A DNA stretch of 64,000 nt from Octopus sinensis (GCF_006345805.1 NC_043015.1:20336001-20400000); one strand, 5' to 3'. Positions 27,200 to 41,502 are shown, counted from the first letter of the stretch. Numbers and translations: made by a program. Notes: generated from the letters alone by a model not told the origin.

Positions 27200-27506
27200 G
27201 AAAGAGGACACACAGAAATATGCGAGGTGTAATTTAATATACAAGTAAAGCTTTTACGCATATTAAATAGCATTAGCATTAATATGTATGACTCTATCAT
27301 TCATATGTTTCTATAGCAAAGAATATATATTAAGGGACACACAGATATACACATGTATGGTCAGAATAATGATGAAGGCTGTAAAATACAATTAACGGGG
27401 AGGACAAAATAGCCAACTCTTTATCCAAAGTCATTTCAGTTTCGGCGCAGGGTGATATTGGTCTCCCCCTATCTCCACTCCAACTTGTATGTGTGTGTGT
27501 GTATGC

Positions 27507-27553
<47 letters not shown>

Positions 27554-27784
27554 CATACACACACACATTGTGGTTAGGTTGTCGGACTCATGATCGGAAG
27601 AATGTAGTTTCTATTTCTTGAGTGGATTGATTCGTTGTGTTCTTGTGTTCTTGTGCGAAACACTCCATTTCTCGTTTGCTGAATTCCACTCATCTTGTTA
27701 AAATTACTATTTGGATATATGCGCCACAGAAACCGGAAGACTGGCTAGATGAGTTTATATGACTCGGGAAGGATCTTTTTCCCT

Positions 27785-27853
<69 letters not shown>

Positions 27854-27857
27854 ATAT

Positions 27858-28232
27858 ATATCGTGGCACTCCGTCGGTTACGATGACGAGGGTCCCAGTT
27901 GATCCAATCAACGGAACAGCCTGCTCGTGAAATTATCATGCAAATGGCTGAGCACTCCACAGACACGTGTACCCTTAACGTAGTTCTCGGGGAGATTCAA
28001 CGTGACACAGAGTGCGACAAGGCAGGCCCTTTGAAATACAGGTACAACAGAAACAAAAAGAAAGAATGAAAGAAAGTTGTGGTGGAAGAATACAGCAGGA
28101 TTCGCCACCATCCCTGCCGGAGCCACATGGAGCTTTAGGTGTTTTCGCTCAATAAACACTCACAACGTCCGGGATCGAAACTGCGGTCCTATGACCGCGA
28201 GTCCACTGCCCTAACCACTGGGCCATTGCACC

Positions 28233-28235
<3 letters not shown>
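27858..28235 (-). mobile_element. tRNA-derived SINE, family C
   Basis: Head aatggcccagtggttagggcagtggactcgcggtcatagg...gtttcgatccc and tail ...ccgacggagtgccac. A plus-strand copy lies at 49095-49410; related heads at 48745-48995, 34830-35035, 35760-35965 and 27570-27690. Confidence 0.75.
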
Positions 28236-28284
<49 letters not shown>

Positions 28285-28791
28285 CGCACACACTCACACA
28301 TAGAAACTGAGCTAAATATATTTTTCATTTTTCTATCATCTGTCGAAACACATTTCGTAAGTAGCATCCATTAGCGATGAAAGACAAAAATACTGAAACG
28401 TGTGTCCGCATGTGATAGAAGAAATGCTTATACAGAAAAACTTGACTACACCTAGATTTGAACTTCCATTCTGAGATTCACATTGAAGGTTAATGTACTG
28501 ACGAAGTACTATAAAAAATAATAAAAAAACTTGCTTTTCATCATTACTTTACAGGAACCTGAAGTTAATGCTCTACATCAAAAAAAATATGGAAGTATTT
28601 CAACCCATCCCTTCAACCACACACGATAAAAAAAAAACGAGGGGAAAAAGGAATTTAGTGAAATATTCTGCTAAGTAGACTTAGAAAAATATCATGACAT
28701 TGAGTTTTAGAAAATATCACAGACACACATATATGCAGACAGGCATTAATATACTCGTATATAAATAGAAATTTAAAGTGTGTCTATATTA

Positions 28792-28846
<55 letters not shown>

Positions 28847-29019
28847 ATAATATACTATATATATACATATGTGTGTGTACGGTATTTATTTTTGTATACA
28901 CATATGGTATATATGGTATATATATATATGCATGTATATACTTAGATAGGTTTCGGCCACATTGGTCCAGGCTATAGCTAACTTAAAAGCACCACCTGCA
29001 AAAATACTTTTAGTAATGT

Positions 29020-29492
29020 ATTTTTGTATAGTTATTTTTAGGCACCATTGCCTAACAGTTATTTGTAGCAGCATATCCGGGTGTAGGTGGTTTATCTGGA
29101 ATTTGTTGGAGATATTCACCCATGAACTTTTTGAAGGTTATGAAATCTTTTTCCTTCTTTATATGTTTTGCAATTGATGTCTTAGTGTTATGATGTGCTG
29201 AGAGCACGATTTCTGTAGAGGACGCATGGCACGGGACCAAGCGTTGGGTGGATTTTAAAAGTAATACCGATATCATTTGGGCAATACTGTCGGAACTATT
29301 TCCACATCATACAAATAATAAAGCGCTCTCGGCGGCGCTGGAGAGAATACAGTTTGAGATCCACGTGTCGATCCTAGTAATGAAGACCAGACTTGCCAGA
29401 AATTGTTTTGTAATTGATCTCCAGAGTGCTTCAAGACTTTTAATATTCTGGCTCGTGTAGGGAGACCATAGCGGACAACAGTATTCAAAGTG
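29020..29492 (-). mobile_element. CR1/L2-group LINE 3' fragment
   Basis: EYCCPLWSPYTSQNIKSLE and FKKFMGEYLQQIPDKPPTPGY, typical of ORF2 C-termini. Confidence 0.75.
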
Positions 29493-29539
29493 AGGGCGGG
29501 CGAAGGTAGAAATAGAAATGTGTGTGTATATATAAATAT

Positions 29540-29680
29540 ATATAGTGAGAATTTACAAAAAAATAAAAAGACGAAGACGGGTGTGTAAACAACAAACAGA
29601 TGTATTAGTTTAACGCTCGGGAAGTGAGAAAGGTTTTTTTACGTTTCCGGCCAACGCTCTTCGACAGAAAGGAACAGAGA
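29540..29680 (-). mobile_element. Penelope-like terminal repeat, same family
   Basis: Reverse complement of the 30550-30705 block. Confidence 0.6.
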
Positions 29681-29681
29681 A

Positions 29682-29723
<42 letters not shown>

Positions 29724-29955
29724 CAAAGTAAACTTGCAAGGTAGAGCCCGAGTGAAAATATATAAGAACCCCTCTTAACATTTTCTTATTATCAAAGACT
29801 GTATAACTGTATTTTAATACAACTATGATAACCAATTTTTAACACAACAAAGATTACACAAACTTTACATTACATTTTACTTTTGATAATTTTTTTAAAA
29901 AAGTGAAACTGGTCAAGTCAATAAACATCTTTAAAAGGCCTCTGAATTTTCAAAT

Positions 29956-30028
<73 letters not shown>

Positions 30029-30549
30029 TATAAAAATACATTACTAAATGTCTTTTCCTACCCACCTTCTATTCTTCCCCTCTCCCTTATCCTCATAACC
30101 CACCTTCCCCCTTCCCCCTCCCCCCTCTCCCTTCATCGTAATCCCCCCCCCACCACAATCCGCCCCGTCTTCCCTACCATGCCATCCACCCCACCCCATC
30201 CCTTTCACCCACTCCCACATACGCAACCTCTACCCCCACCCCACCCATGCTTTCACCACTCTCGCCTCTTCCAAATCCCAACACCACTATACCATACTGC
30301 ACAACACTACATCACATCACCACGCACACACTAGCACTGACCACTTCCAGCACCCACACCATCATTCACACAGCTACACATGCATACACGCACACGTCAA
30401 GCTTACCAGCCCTCTTTCACACGTACATACATGCTCTCTTTGGGTTCACCACTACTTTATTATCTCCCCTTCTTCCTAGCTCTCCTGTGTGACCCCTCTG
30501 TCCGGCATTCGCCATGATAGATCGCTAGCCACTACAGATTCATTATTGT

Positions 30550-30705
30550 CTCTCCCTGTTTCTGTCTGTGTTCCTTTCTGTGGAAGAGCGTAGGCTCGAA
30601 ACGTTAAAGACTTTTCACTTCCCGAGCCTTAAACTAGTACATCTGTTTGTTGTCTACACCACCTGTCTTCGTCTTTTGTTTTTTTTGTGAATTCTCCCAA
30701 TATAA
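30550..30705 (+). mobile_element. Penelope-like terminal repeat, same family
   Basis: ctttCTGTGGAAGAGCGTAGGCTCGAAACGTTAAAG...caccacctgtcttcgtc. Confidence 0.6.
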
Positions 30706-30844
30706 ATATAATTATATATATGTGTGTGTGTGTATTTATATGTATATAAATGTATATAATATATAATATCATATATATATATATATATATATATATCTAT
30801 ATATATAGATATATACATATATATATATTTATATGTATAGAGAG

Positions 30845-30877
<33 letters not shown>

Positions 30878-30912
30878 GAATAGATAGAGAGAGAGAGAGA
30901 GAGAGATAGAGA

Positions 30913-30970
<58 letters not shown>

Positions 30971-31918
30971 TATGCACAGTTTTCAGCTGAAAGATAACAA
31001 AAGAGTACGGGGAGTACGCCTTTTATAAAATGAGAGCTTAAATATTTAAGATGCTGCGCTTACTCTCTGTTGCAACTCGGAGACTTACGAAAGGACACTA
31101 ACACCACATAAGACGAACACACACGAACATATACAATGCATATATATATATATATATAGTATATATATATATTATATATATATATTATATATAATATATG
31201 CACATTTGTATAAGACAACACATATATGTGTACACACAAGATCAAATGTATGTGTGTAGGTGGGTGGGAATTTTTATTTTTCAGAATTATTCTGCATCTA
31301 GTTTAATAGAATTAATACATAAATACCTGCTTTACTTCATTAAACACGCATATATACACTCAGGAATATATATAATTGGACACATACTTTCATACCTATA
31401 TACATACAGACATGCAGTAACACATCCACTCATACTACATTCGTATATAGAAACACACACACGCACACACACACACACACACACCACACACACACACACA
31501 CACACGCACACACACACATATATATATATGTATGTATGTACACATACGCGCATAAACATATGCGCATACATACTTGCAACCAATATTTCAACACGCCAAC
31601 TAACATACCTGCTTCCCCATCTCTCTCACCCCCAACTTCCTACTTCTAATGTAATTTTCTTAACCGTTTCAAAAGCTACAGTTGTCATCACCAGTTGCTT
31701 GGTTTATCTATTGGTGATGACACAGCTGTGAATTCATAACCAAACACCCATAAACTCGGTAGTCTTTCAAAGTGTCAAACGAACAGCACAACTATAAATT
31801 ATGACGTGTGATCATGGTTCCCTGTGCAACAATTGCGCATAAGACGTTTATGCTGCGGTATTTCATTTTTTCTGTTACAATAATTGTGATTCATACATAC
31901 GACATACATATTATATAT

Positions 31919-31993
<75 letters not shown>

Positions 31994-32118
31994 ATGTATA
32001 TATAATATATATATACATACATGATTTATGAATAATATGTGTACCATTACTAAGCGTATATGTCCGTATGATTAATGTATTGTGTCCACGCATACTAATA
32101 AGCATGCTTCGTATGTGT

Positions 32119-32179
<61 letters not shown>

Positions 32180-32369
32180 ATTTCTGTTTTGCTTAAGCAT
32201 TACAATACTAATGACGTGGTGTAGAACTCAATATATGTGTTCTTCTGAACGAAACGTTAGTCGAGTACAGAGCGGTAATAAGAAAATGAAATGGCAAAAG
32301 AATAAACGATTACCTTTTGATCTTCATTAATTTCAGCAATAAGACAATCATTTATTTCAGTAATCAATC

Positions 32370-32650
32370 TTTCTTCTTCTTCTATCTTCTTTTTCTCTTC
32401 TTCTTCTTCTTCTCTTCTCTTCTTCTTCTTCTTCTTCTTTTCTTCTCGTCTCTTCTTCTTCTTTCTTCTTCTTCTTCTTCTTTCTCTTCATCTTCTTTCT
32501 TCTTCTTTCTTCTTCTTCTTCTTCTTCTTCTTCTTCGTCTTCTTCTTCTTTCTTCTTCTTCTTCTTTCTTCTTCTTTTCGTCTTTCTTCTCTTCTTCTCT
32601 TCTTCTTCTCTTCTTCTTCTTGTCTCTTCTTCTTCTTCTCCTCCTCTTTG
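32370..32650. repeat. Degenerate (CTT)n polypyrimidine tract
   Basis: Direct reading. Confidence 0.95.
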
Positions 32651-32819
32651 TATCGATATTCTTTTTACTCTTTTTTGTTTCAGACATTGGACTGTGATCA
32701 TGCGGGAGCACCACCTTCGAGGCTTTTAGTTAATCAAATTAAGGCCAGTACTTGTTATTTTTTAATCTGATACTTAACTTATCGATCTTTTCTGCCGAAA
32801 AGCTAAGTTACAAGTACGT

Positions 32820-34700
32820 AAGCAAACAAACCGGTGTCTCCTGCCGCGATGTGGATTCATCTGAGATACCGGATGAAAATTTGCCCAAATGTTCTTTGAA
32901 GATCTTCACATCAACATCTCGCAGATCTCTGAAATTTGTTTGCAGAATGTTGAACCGTTGTGAGCCCTTGAAACCTAAGCTGTTACAATACTGGATTCTT
33001 ATTGATCTGTACTTCTTTAACCGTTTAAGCAATCTAGAAAATGAAATTTAAAGAAACTTCGGTTTCTGAAATGATGATGATGATGATTTCTTTATTGACA
33101 ACAGAGGGTTTACATCTAATAATAAATGTCCCGATGTGGTACCAGGCAGTGGCTCTCATGGCGTCTTATGGATCTTTGGTTCTATTCAGTGCTGTCCAGT
33201 TCGGTGGTTTATATAGCTTTCAATTCCAAAGTTGGATGTTAGATCTTCGAAGATCTTACATATGTATGTCACTGTATATCTCTCGTGTGTTCTCTCTACG
33301 GACTAGAACCTCATTTCCTGTAGCCTCTGCCAGTGGCTCATCTGTTTCACGGAGTCAATCCTCTTTGTGTAGTGGCGTCGGATTGTCCCGAGATCTGCTG
33401 CTAGTGTAACGCTCTTTGACGATCACGGTTAGGAGCAGTAATCTAGGGCACTGAGAACGAATGTTCTGCTTCAGAGTAGTATGGTATCCTTTTATCCTTT
33501 TACCTGGTTCAGAATAACTTCAGAATCATTCCATCCATCCATCCATCCATCCAACCAACCGACCAACAACTCTGCTGCACAATGTTACCATCTTCAAAAT
33601 ATGCACATGGAATATTGTATCAGTATTCATGCAGATTCCCAGGTCACGCACCAACTCTGGAATTGCACCATTCCCTGGTTGTGTGCATTCCTATAGACTG
33701 TAGGCTGGTAGTATACTTTTTGGAACTTCTCAACATTGAACTGCATGTAGTTTTCCGTAGCCACTTGTAAAGAATACAAAATGACTATTCAGGTTTTTCT
33801 TTGCCGTTTTAGGGCGTCATACAGGTTTTGATCGCCTGCGATACTTTTGTGATCATCAGTATATCTGGTGAGAGTGGCTGACTACATAGCTGACAGTATA
33901 TCTGAGAGAACTACTACAAACATTAGTGGGCTCACAACAGTGCCCGGAGCTCCGCTGCGAATTGATGTCTCCTCAGAGGGAGCACCCTTTGCTGCAACAG
34001 CCTGACTTACGCCTTTTAAAAAGTTATGGAGCCACTCTCCTATTTTTCCAGCGATACCGAAGTCACGCAGTTTGTGACATGTTATCCCATGATCAACTTC
34101 GTCGAAGGCCTTGGCAAAGTCGAGATATATCGCATCCACATTTAAGTGGTTGAGCTGTTGTTTCAGTACCCAATCAGATTCCTGTAGTTGATGTGAGAGG
34201 TAGCTCCTTCCTAGATGGAAGTAATGTTGTATTTTGTGAGCAAGTTATTTTCTTCTAGGAATATGATCAGTCCTCTTCTGACAATGCATTCCATGACCTT
34301 GCTAACGTGTGAATTCAGAGAGATAGGTCTATAATTTTACTCTGCTTGCTTCTTTTTTTCTTTTTAGGTAGGGCATATTATATCTGCTTTTAAAATTTTG
34401 TAAACTTTACCACAAGGAAGCTTTAAAAGTGTATCTGCAGTAGTTTTGCGAGAGCTTTCTTGGTTATCTTTAGGAAAACAGCCAGAAAACCATATGGGCC
34501 CTTTGCTGAATTCTAGTTCATCTCGTCAATGGCCGATATAATATTTGCTTCCTGTATGCCTATGTAATCGATGGTTGCCTCTTTTTTGTGTTCATCTACG
34601 GTGTTGAAGAACTCATCAGGTTTGCTTGTTTATTGCTTGCTTATTTCCCAGTGGAGAGATGAAAACATTTTGGAATTGTTTATTTAGTATTTCACGTATC
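32820..34700 (-). mobile_element. Degraded CR1/L2-group LINE, related family
   Basis: DAIYLDFAKAFDEVDHGITCHKL, GAPGTVVSPLMF, SALDYCS...RLQEM..SVER, and SLGFKGSQRFNIL. It is interrupted by a short repeat at ~33060-33170. Confidence 0.85.
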
Positions 34701-35346
34701 TGCAATTAGTGAGCCATTTTCTTCAAACCGGAGGCTTCACCCCCCCTCTCTCTCTCACACACACACACGAGTGTACACTCCTATCGTAAATCTCAATTTC
34801 TTGCTAAACAACCTACACATATGATTTGTTTTATAGTGATCAAATGTTCACTCCCTCCAACGAATCGACATTACCTGTATAGGTGCACGATGTTCCACAG
34901 GCCAGATGTCGAAATGATCGCAGTGCAACGTGAAATGAAGGTCCTTACTCAAGAACATAATGCACCGCACACTCGGGGGAATCGAAATCAGGATCTTACG
35001 ATGATGAGAGTAATACATTAATCACTCGGCCACATCAAATCCGAGCGCTATCGGTCTCAGATATTTGCTAATGGTAATCATATGTCATCTCATGAACTAG
35101 CAATGAAATAGCACAGCCTGCATGTTGTTGCACTGTCGGGGACCAAACCAGTTGGCTCATTACGTTTGTTTGGCGAGGCAGGCGCATCAAGAAAGTAAAC
35201 GGTCCACCAGTAGTGTTGTATATATATATATATGTAAATGTTGAAAGATGGAATGAGTGCTCAACACCGCATTGGTGGATATAAAATTTCTTTATTTGTG
35301 AATTAAGGCTAACATTGGTTTCATGTAAGGAAGAGTAGGAAAATAA

Positions 35347-35460
35347 CCCAGTGTCTTAACAATTTTTCAAGCCAATCACATGGAGAAAGGTGTTCGCCTT
35401 TTCAAAATGGAGGCAAACTCCTTTCTCCATGTGATCGGTTTGAAAAATTAAGACACTGGG
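35347..35460. repeat. 114-bp near-perfect palindrome (fold-back)
   Basis: cccagtgtcttaa..tttttcaagccaatcacatggagaaaggtgttcgcct pairs with aggcaaactcctttctccatgtgatcggtttgaaaaattaagacactggg. Confidence 0.85.
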
Positions 35461-35508
35461 AATTTTTCTTCTCTCACAAATAAAGAATATATATATATAA
35501 ATAAATAA

Positions 35509-35540
<32 letters not shown>

Positions 35541-35542
35541 AT

Positions 35543-35624
<82 letters not shown>

Positions 35625-36041
35625 ATGTACATATATATATGCATCACCATGTGCAACTTGTGCACCTATCACTGTATCGGCCAGATTATCAGGTGCTGTT
35701 ACACAGCGTTTATCACGTTGCGCTTCCTCGCATTGCTCTAGCTTCCGAATGATGCGACCCTGCTGGCTGTGCGGCAAGCCAACCTTCCCTCTGAACGGAA
35801 CGCCAGTCCGTTGCAAGGTTTACTCATTTTTGCCGGATGAGTGGAATGGAGCAGCGTGGAAGGAAGTGCTTTGCCCAAGAGCACAATGTACTACCGGTCT
35901 GGAAATTAAAATCACGATCTTGCAATAACAAGTGCAACGCTCTAAGCACCTGGTCATGAACCTTGCACACATGTGCATTTATGTAAATCTGTGAGAAAAG
36001 GTCTGGTCTCTCACCGAAGTGGTCATTGATTACAAATACGC

Positions 36042-36252
36042 ACTAGGGTGTGCTAAAAGCTCCTGGTATTGGGTAAAAGGAAATACATGGATATCAGTTA
36101 ATTATGATCTTATTCCACATATTCCTCTCGGGTTAACACACTTATTACAATGGTTCTTCAGTGTTTTTAAGTCTTGTAAAAGAACTCGGATGGTTTGGGC
36201 TCCAACAAGGCCTTTAACGATACTCTTAGAGCCAGGAACTTTTCAAAACCTC
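36042..36252. mobile_element. Same MITE, copy 3
   Basis: gggtgtgctaaaagctcctgg ... gagccaggaacttttcaaaacctcctcata, with the shared internal block. Confidence 0.65.
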
Positions 36253-36477
36253 CTCATATAAATACATTCGCACCATATGTATATTGTTTTGGCCCTGCCA
36301 GCTATTCCTAGTAGTAAAAGGGCAATATTATGGCACATAATGTGTGAGGAAGGAAACAGGAACAGAATCAACCGTCAGCAGTAGACCGGTCCTTAATCTG
36401 TTGACCACGGAATGATGAACGTCAGAGTTGACCCTGATTCAGTCGAACGAATCGGCCCAATACTACGTAGCTTTTTG

Positions 36478-36586
36478 TAAAGCCTTGTACTTATTCTATC
36501 GGTATCTTTTGTTGAAACGCAAAGTTACGGGTACGTCTAAACTATAACGCCAGTTGTTAAGCGTTGGTGGGAAGCATACACATGCA

Positions 36587-36631
<45 letters not shown>

Positions 36632-36795
36632 AACGATGAGCTTCTTTCAGTTTCTGTCTACCTAATCCACTCACAACGCTTTAGGCGGTCCGTGGCTATA
36701 GTAGAAGACATCTGGCCAAATTGCCATGCAGTGGGACTGAACTTAGAACAATGTGGTTGGTAAACAAGCTACTTACCACACAGTCACACCTGATG
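36478..36795 (-). mobile_element. SINE family A
   Basis: Reverse-complement match to 20998-21378. Confidence 0.7.
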
Positions 36796-36929
36796 CATGC
36801 GTATATGTATACATCAATATAAGTATATATTCATTGATATCTGTTGGGCTATAGAAATGTATTCACACACGCACACATATGTATACATGTGTCTATGGTT
36901 AGGCTGGAATATATATTACAAGCTTATGT

Positions 36930-37705
36930 GCGTGCATATGTTTGTATAATATATATATATACAGTCAAATGCATATATATATGCATACACACACATATAT
37001 ACATATATATACATATAAACACACACACACATATATATACATACATATATATACGCACATATATATATAATATATATACATACACACACATATATATATA
37101 TACATATATTTGCATATATATATATATATATATACATATATTTGTATATGTATATATATATGTATATACATATATGCATACACACACATATATACATATA
37201 TATACATATATACATATATATACATATATGCATATATATACATATATGCATACACACACATATATACATATATATACATATAAACACACACACACATATA
37301 TATACATACATATATATACGCACATATATATATAATATATATACATACACACACATATATATATATACATATATTTGCATATATATATATATATATACAT
37401 ATATTTGTATATGTATATATATATGTATATACATATATATATATGTATATATATAGGTATACACATATATATATATATGTATATACAATATACATATATA
37501 TATATATATACATTTGTATATGTATATATATAAACATGTGCGTAAATGTAAGGTGTATATATATATGCAATTATATATATATATATATATTATATATATA
37601 TATATATATAATATATATACATACATATATATACGCACATATATATATAATATATATATATATGTGTATATATATTCACAGACATACACACACACACACA
37701 CACAA
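36930..37705. repeat. Complex TA/CA array with higher-order duplication
   Basis: Landmark motifs (taaacacacacacac, tacgcaca, tttgcata, tttgtatatg) recur in the same order about 270 bp apart. Confidence 0.85.
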
Positions 37706-38487
37706 ATTTCTCTGAGTGCCTTCCAAAGTGAACTTAATGCGCTGCGGCAATAGTTGTGTCTGTTTAATCAGCGAGCACGTTTATTTATATTACAAGGAGA
37801 GATGTTTGCAGCACCTGTTATTGAGACGATTCAATTGCCGCTAACTTATATCATGACGACGACATGCCACCGCCACCCCTCGCCACCAGTATTAATAACA
37901 ACAACAACGCCAAAACCAACAACAATGCCAAAAACAACTGCATGATCAACAACATAAGCACATAGAAAAAAACCCAAAACACAACAAAACAAGGTCGTCC
38001 AAACGAACTGCGTATATTCATTAAGTTGCCAAGAATTTTCCCAAGCTAAATTCTCTTGCTGTATCACAGACCGAAGACTCGTTGAAACTATTTCGGTATC
38101 ATTCCGATGGCATTTGGCCCAGATTTTTTTTCTTTTTCTTTTGGCATTAAAGATTGTAATCTTGCTCCTGTCATAGTGGAAATCAAATTCTTCGCTGTGC
38201 GGCTCTTTCCATTTGTACATCTTCGGAACAAACAAAAGGATGTGCCGTAACATCAAATTCTCGGCAAAGTTTCCTGACATCGAAACGCAGCAACACTATC
38301 ATTTGGAAAGTTTGATTGCAAATTTTCATTCTAGGCGCAAAATTCTGTTCGTGATATCTTGTTGGAACTTCCAAAGAAAATTATATATGTATATATATTT
38401 GTATATATATATATATAATATATATGTTTGTGTGTGTGTGTATGTATGTATATATATTTATGTGTGTGTGTGTATTCATAGACATGC

Positions 38488-38543
<56 letters not shown>

Positions 38544-38670
38544 GTAAATAAATAAATATATATACATATATACTTTGACATACATTCTACGTATGCGTGT
38601 GAGTATAAATGTAAAATTGGGAATGGTTTTGAAGAAAAGAATGGAGCTAGAGACAGAAAGGACGAGCGGG

Positions 38671-38702
<32 letters not shown>

Positions 38703-38940
38703 CAAAAGAGAGAGAGAGAGAAAGAAAGAGAGGGGGAGAGAAAGAAATTTGTGGGTGTTAAGAAATTGTCAGCCGAGATAATCGTGTTGTATGGGTGGAG
38801 ATGAACCAGAAGAACCGAGTTCAATATGCCATTGCTGTTTATCGGACAACCAACTAATGGGGTTCAACGATAACGTTCTCACTACTATCTTCATCATCAT
38901 CATCATCATTGTTGTTAACGATTATCAGCAAATAATTAAC

Positions 38941-38972
<32 letters not shown>

Positions 38973-39077
38973 CTTCTATTGTTACCACCATTACCACTGC
39001 AACCATCACCAGTCATCATTGTTATGACCAACAGCGTTAGCGGTGGCGGTTCTCATTCCTAAGGTTCGAAATTTCCT

Positions 39078-39126
39078 TAATACCCCTGATGAAGGCTGGA
39101 GAGTATATCAGACGAAACGTTGTGTT
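39078..39126 (+). ncRNA. Hammerhead motif, same family, degraded stems
   Basis: CTGATGA-AGGCTG..CAGAC-GAAACGTTGTGTT within a Penelope-like terminal repeat at ~39050-39205. Confidence 0.55.
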
Positions 39127-39366
39127 AACAACAATATGAGGACAAATATACATCAAAGGTAAATAATGTACATAATTCCTCATCTCTTGAATATAGAGCT
39201 GGACCCACTATACTGATAAGGTTACACCAAACACTTGCATCACAGCCATATGTGCGCGACATGGTGATCTAATATCAAGATAATCAACACATAACTTTGC
39301 ACATAGGGCCCAGTTACAATTTTCTTCAGGTCGACTACCCTATCTCCCTCAAAAGATCACTGATTG

Positions 39367-39464
<98 letters not shown>

Positions 39465-39529
39465 ATTATTATTATTATTAAGGCGGCGAACTAGCCTTAA
39501 ATAAAAATAATAATAATAATAATATACAG

Positions 39530-40645
39530 AAACACAAAGAACTCGACCCAAAACGTGACACAGACAGACTGCATGTACCAAGTAAAAGAGGAGGAAGAGG
39601 ACTGATTGGATGCGAACACAGCTCAACGCAGAAGAAAGCAACATAGCATGGTATGTAAAAAATGCCACAGAACCGCTATTATTGGAAGCAAGAAGATCAG
39701 GCTTGTGTAGGATAGAGGATTGCAAATATAAAGCACTGTACAAGCACTTGAGAATGAATGAAACTTAAAATAGGTGGATAAAGTAAAGAATGCATGGACA
39801 ATTTCATAGGGATGTTGAAGATGAGACAGACAGAAAAAAAGATGGCTATGGATGACTTAAAGTGATTTAAAACCAGAAACGGAGGCTCTAATCTGTGCTG
39901 CCTTAGAGTAAGCATTAAGAACCAATTACATCAAATACAGAATAGACAACACATCAGAAAGTGATAAGTGTAGAATTTGTGGACAAAATGGTGAAACCGT
40001 ATGGCATATTACCAGTCAATTGCACGCCACTATCCCAGAAAGAATATAAGAGACGTCATGACAACATACCAAGGATTGTCATTGGACCCTTTGCAACAAG
40101 TATGGACTTGACAGAGCAAAAAATTGGTACGACCACAAACCTGAGAGCATCATCGAAAATAATAATGCAAAGATCCTATGGGATTTTATGATTCGGAGCA
40201 ACCATGGGATAGAGAATAGGAAACCAGACAGTGTTAATTGAGAAAGAAAGCAAACGATGCTGGATCATAGATATAACATGCCCAGCTGACAACAAGGTAT
40301 GCAATAAAGAAGAAAGAAAAGTTGATAGACATGACAGGTTACCTTAGGGGGATAAGCAGTTGTTATCGCTGTAAAAGGTGGTAGTAATACCAATAATTGT
40401 CGGAACCCTGGGAACAGTGAGTAAAAATCTTGAGAATTACATGGAACAAATAGGAGTTGCAATAAGAGTGGAGCACTTGCAGAAAAACAACACTGCTTGG
40501 AACCGCTCGAATACTTCGGATGATGCTCGAAAAATAAGGGGTGTTACCTTAGTTCACTGGTAGTGAACAGCTGGCACTGTAGTACATCTCCAGCGTTGGA
40601 AGCTGTGCAAAGACAATTTAGTAATAGCAATAATAATAATAATGT
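39530..40645 (+). mobile_element. 3' fragment of an R4/Dong-like LINE in (TAA)n
   Basis: LKPETEALICA, DKCRICGQNGETVWHI, KILWDFMI, RKPD..WIIDITCP and VVIPIIVGTLG. It ends in (TAA)n. Confidence 0.88.
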
Positions 40646-40712
40646 TAATATTATCATTGAGTGAGAGAGCAATGCATGCCATCAATATATTATTATTATT
40701 ATTATTATTATT

Positions 40713-40791
<79 letters not shown>

Positions 40792-40827
40792 TTATTATTA
40801 TTTTTATTATTATTATTATTATTTTTA

Positions 40828-40863
<36 letters not shown>

Positions 40864-40864
<1 letters not shown>

Positions 40865-41418
40865 GAGTGAGCGAGCAGAGCATGCCATCAAAGTGACACT
40901 GGGGTAAAATATACGAAGCCCAGTATACCCATCATGACTACCCGTCTGATAAAGGTACACCAGGCACATGCATCACAACCATATGTGCGCGACATGGTGA
41001 TCTCATATCAAGATAAACAGCACATGACCTTGCAGGTGGAGCCCAGTTAGAATTTTCTTCAGATCGAGTAATCCATCCCGCTCAAAAGGTCCCTGAATAA
41101 GGGTTGTTTAAGGACGTTGAACGAAACACCCATGTTTCCAGAGGTGAATTATTCAAACCCCAAAGAATCCCTCTCAACACATGGCTATGATGCTCCCCCA
41201 CTACTTCTGCTCGTGATCAGTGATGCACATATCGTCAGCCACTAAGGGACATGCTCAACTGGTTAAGGTCAAACAACTGACAAGCAAATCTGTGGTATTG
41301 AGCAGAATATTTGCTGTAGCCCATCTTTTATACAAAGACAAAACAATGTACATGATAACACTTCCAATCAATTAAGATCAGAAGCCATGAGAGCCACTGC
41401 CTGGTACTGCATCAGGGC

Positions 41419-41420
<2 letters not shown>
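40864..41420. mobile_element. ~560-bp non-coding element embedded in (TAA)n arrays
   Basis: Both ends abut (ATT)n. Homologous copies or fragments lie at 59432-59935 and 43620-43712 (opposite orientation), and at 39232-39362, 19125-19345, 40650-40685 and ~33130-33170. Confidence 0.75.
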
Positions 41421-41479
<59 letters not shown>

Positions 41480-41502
41480 TATTATCATTATTATTATTAA
41501 TA

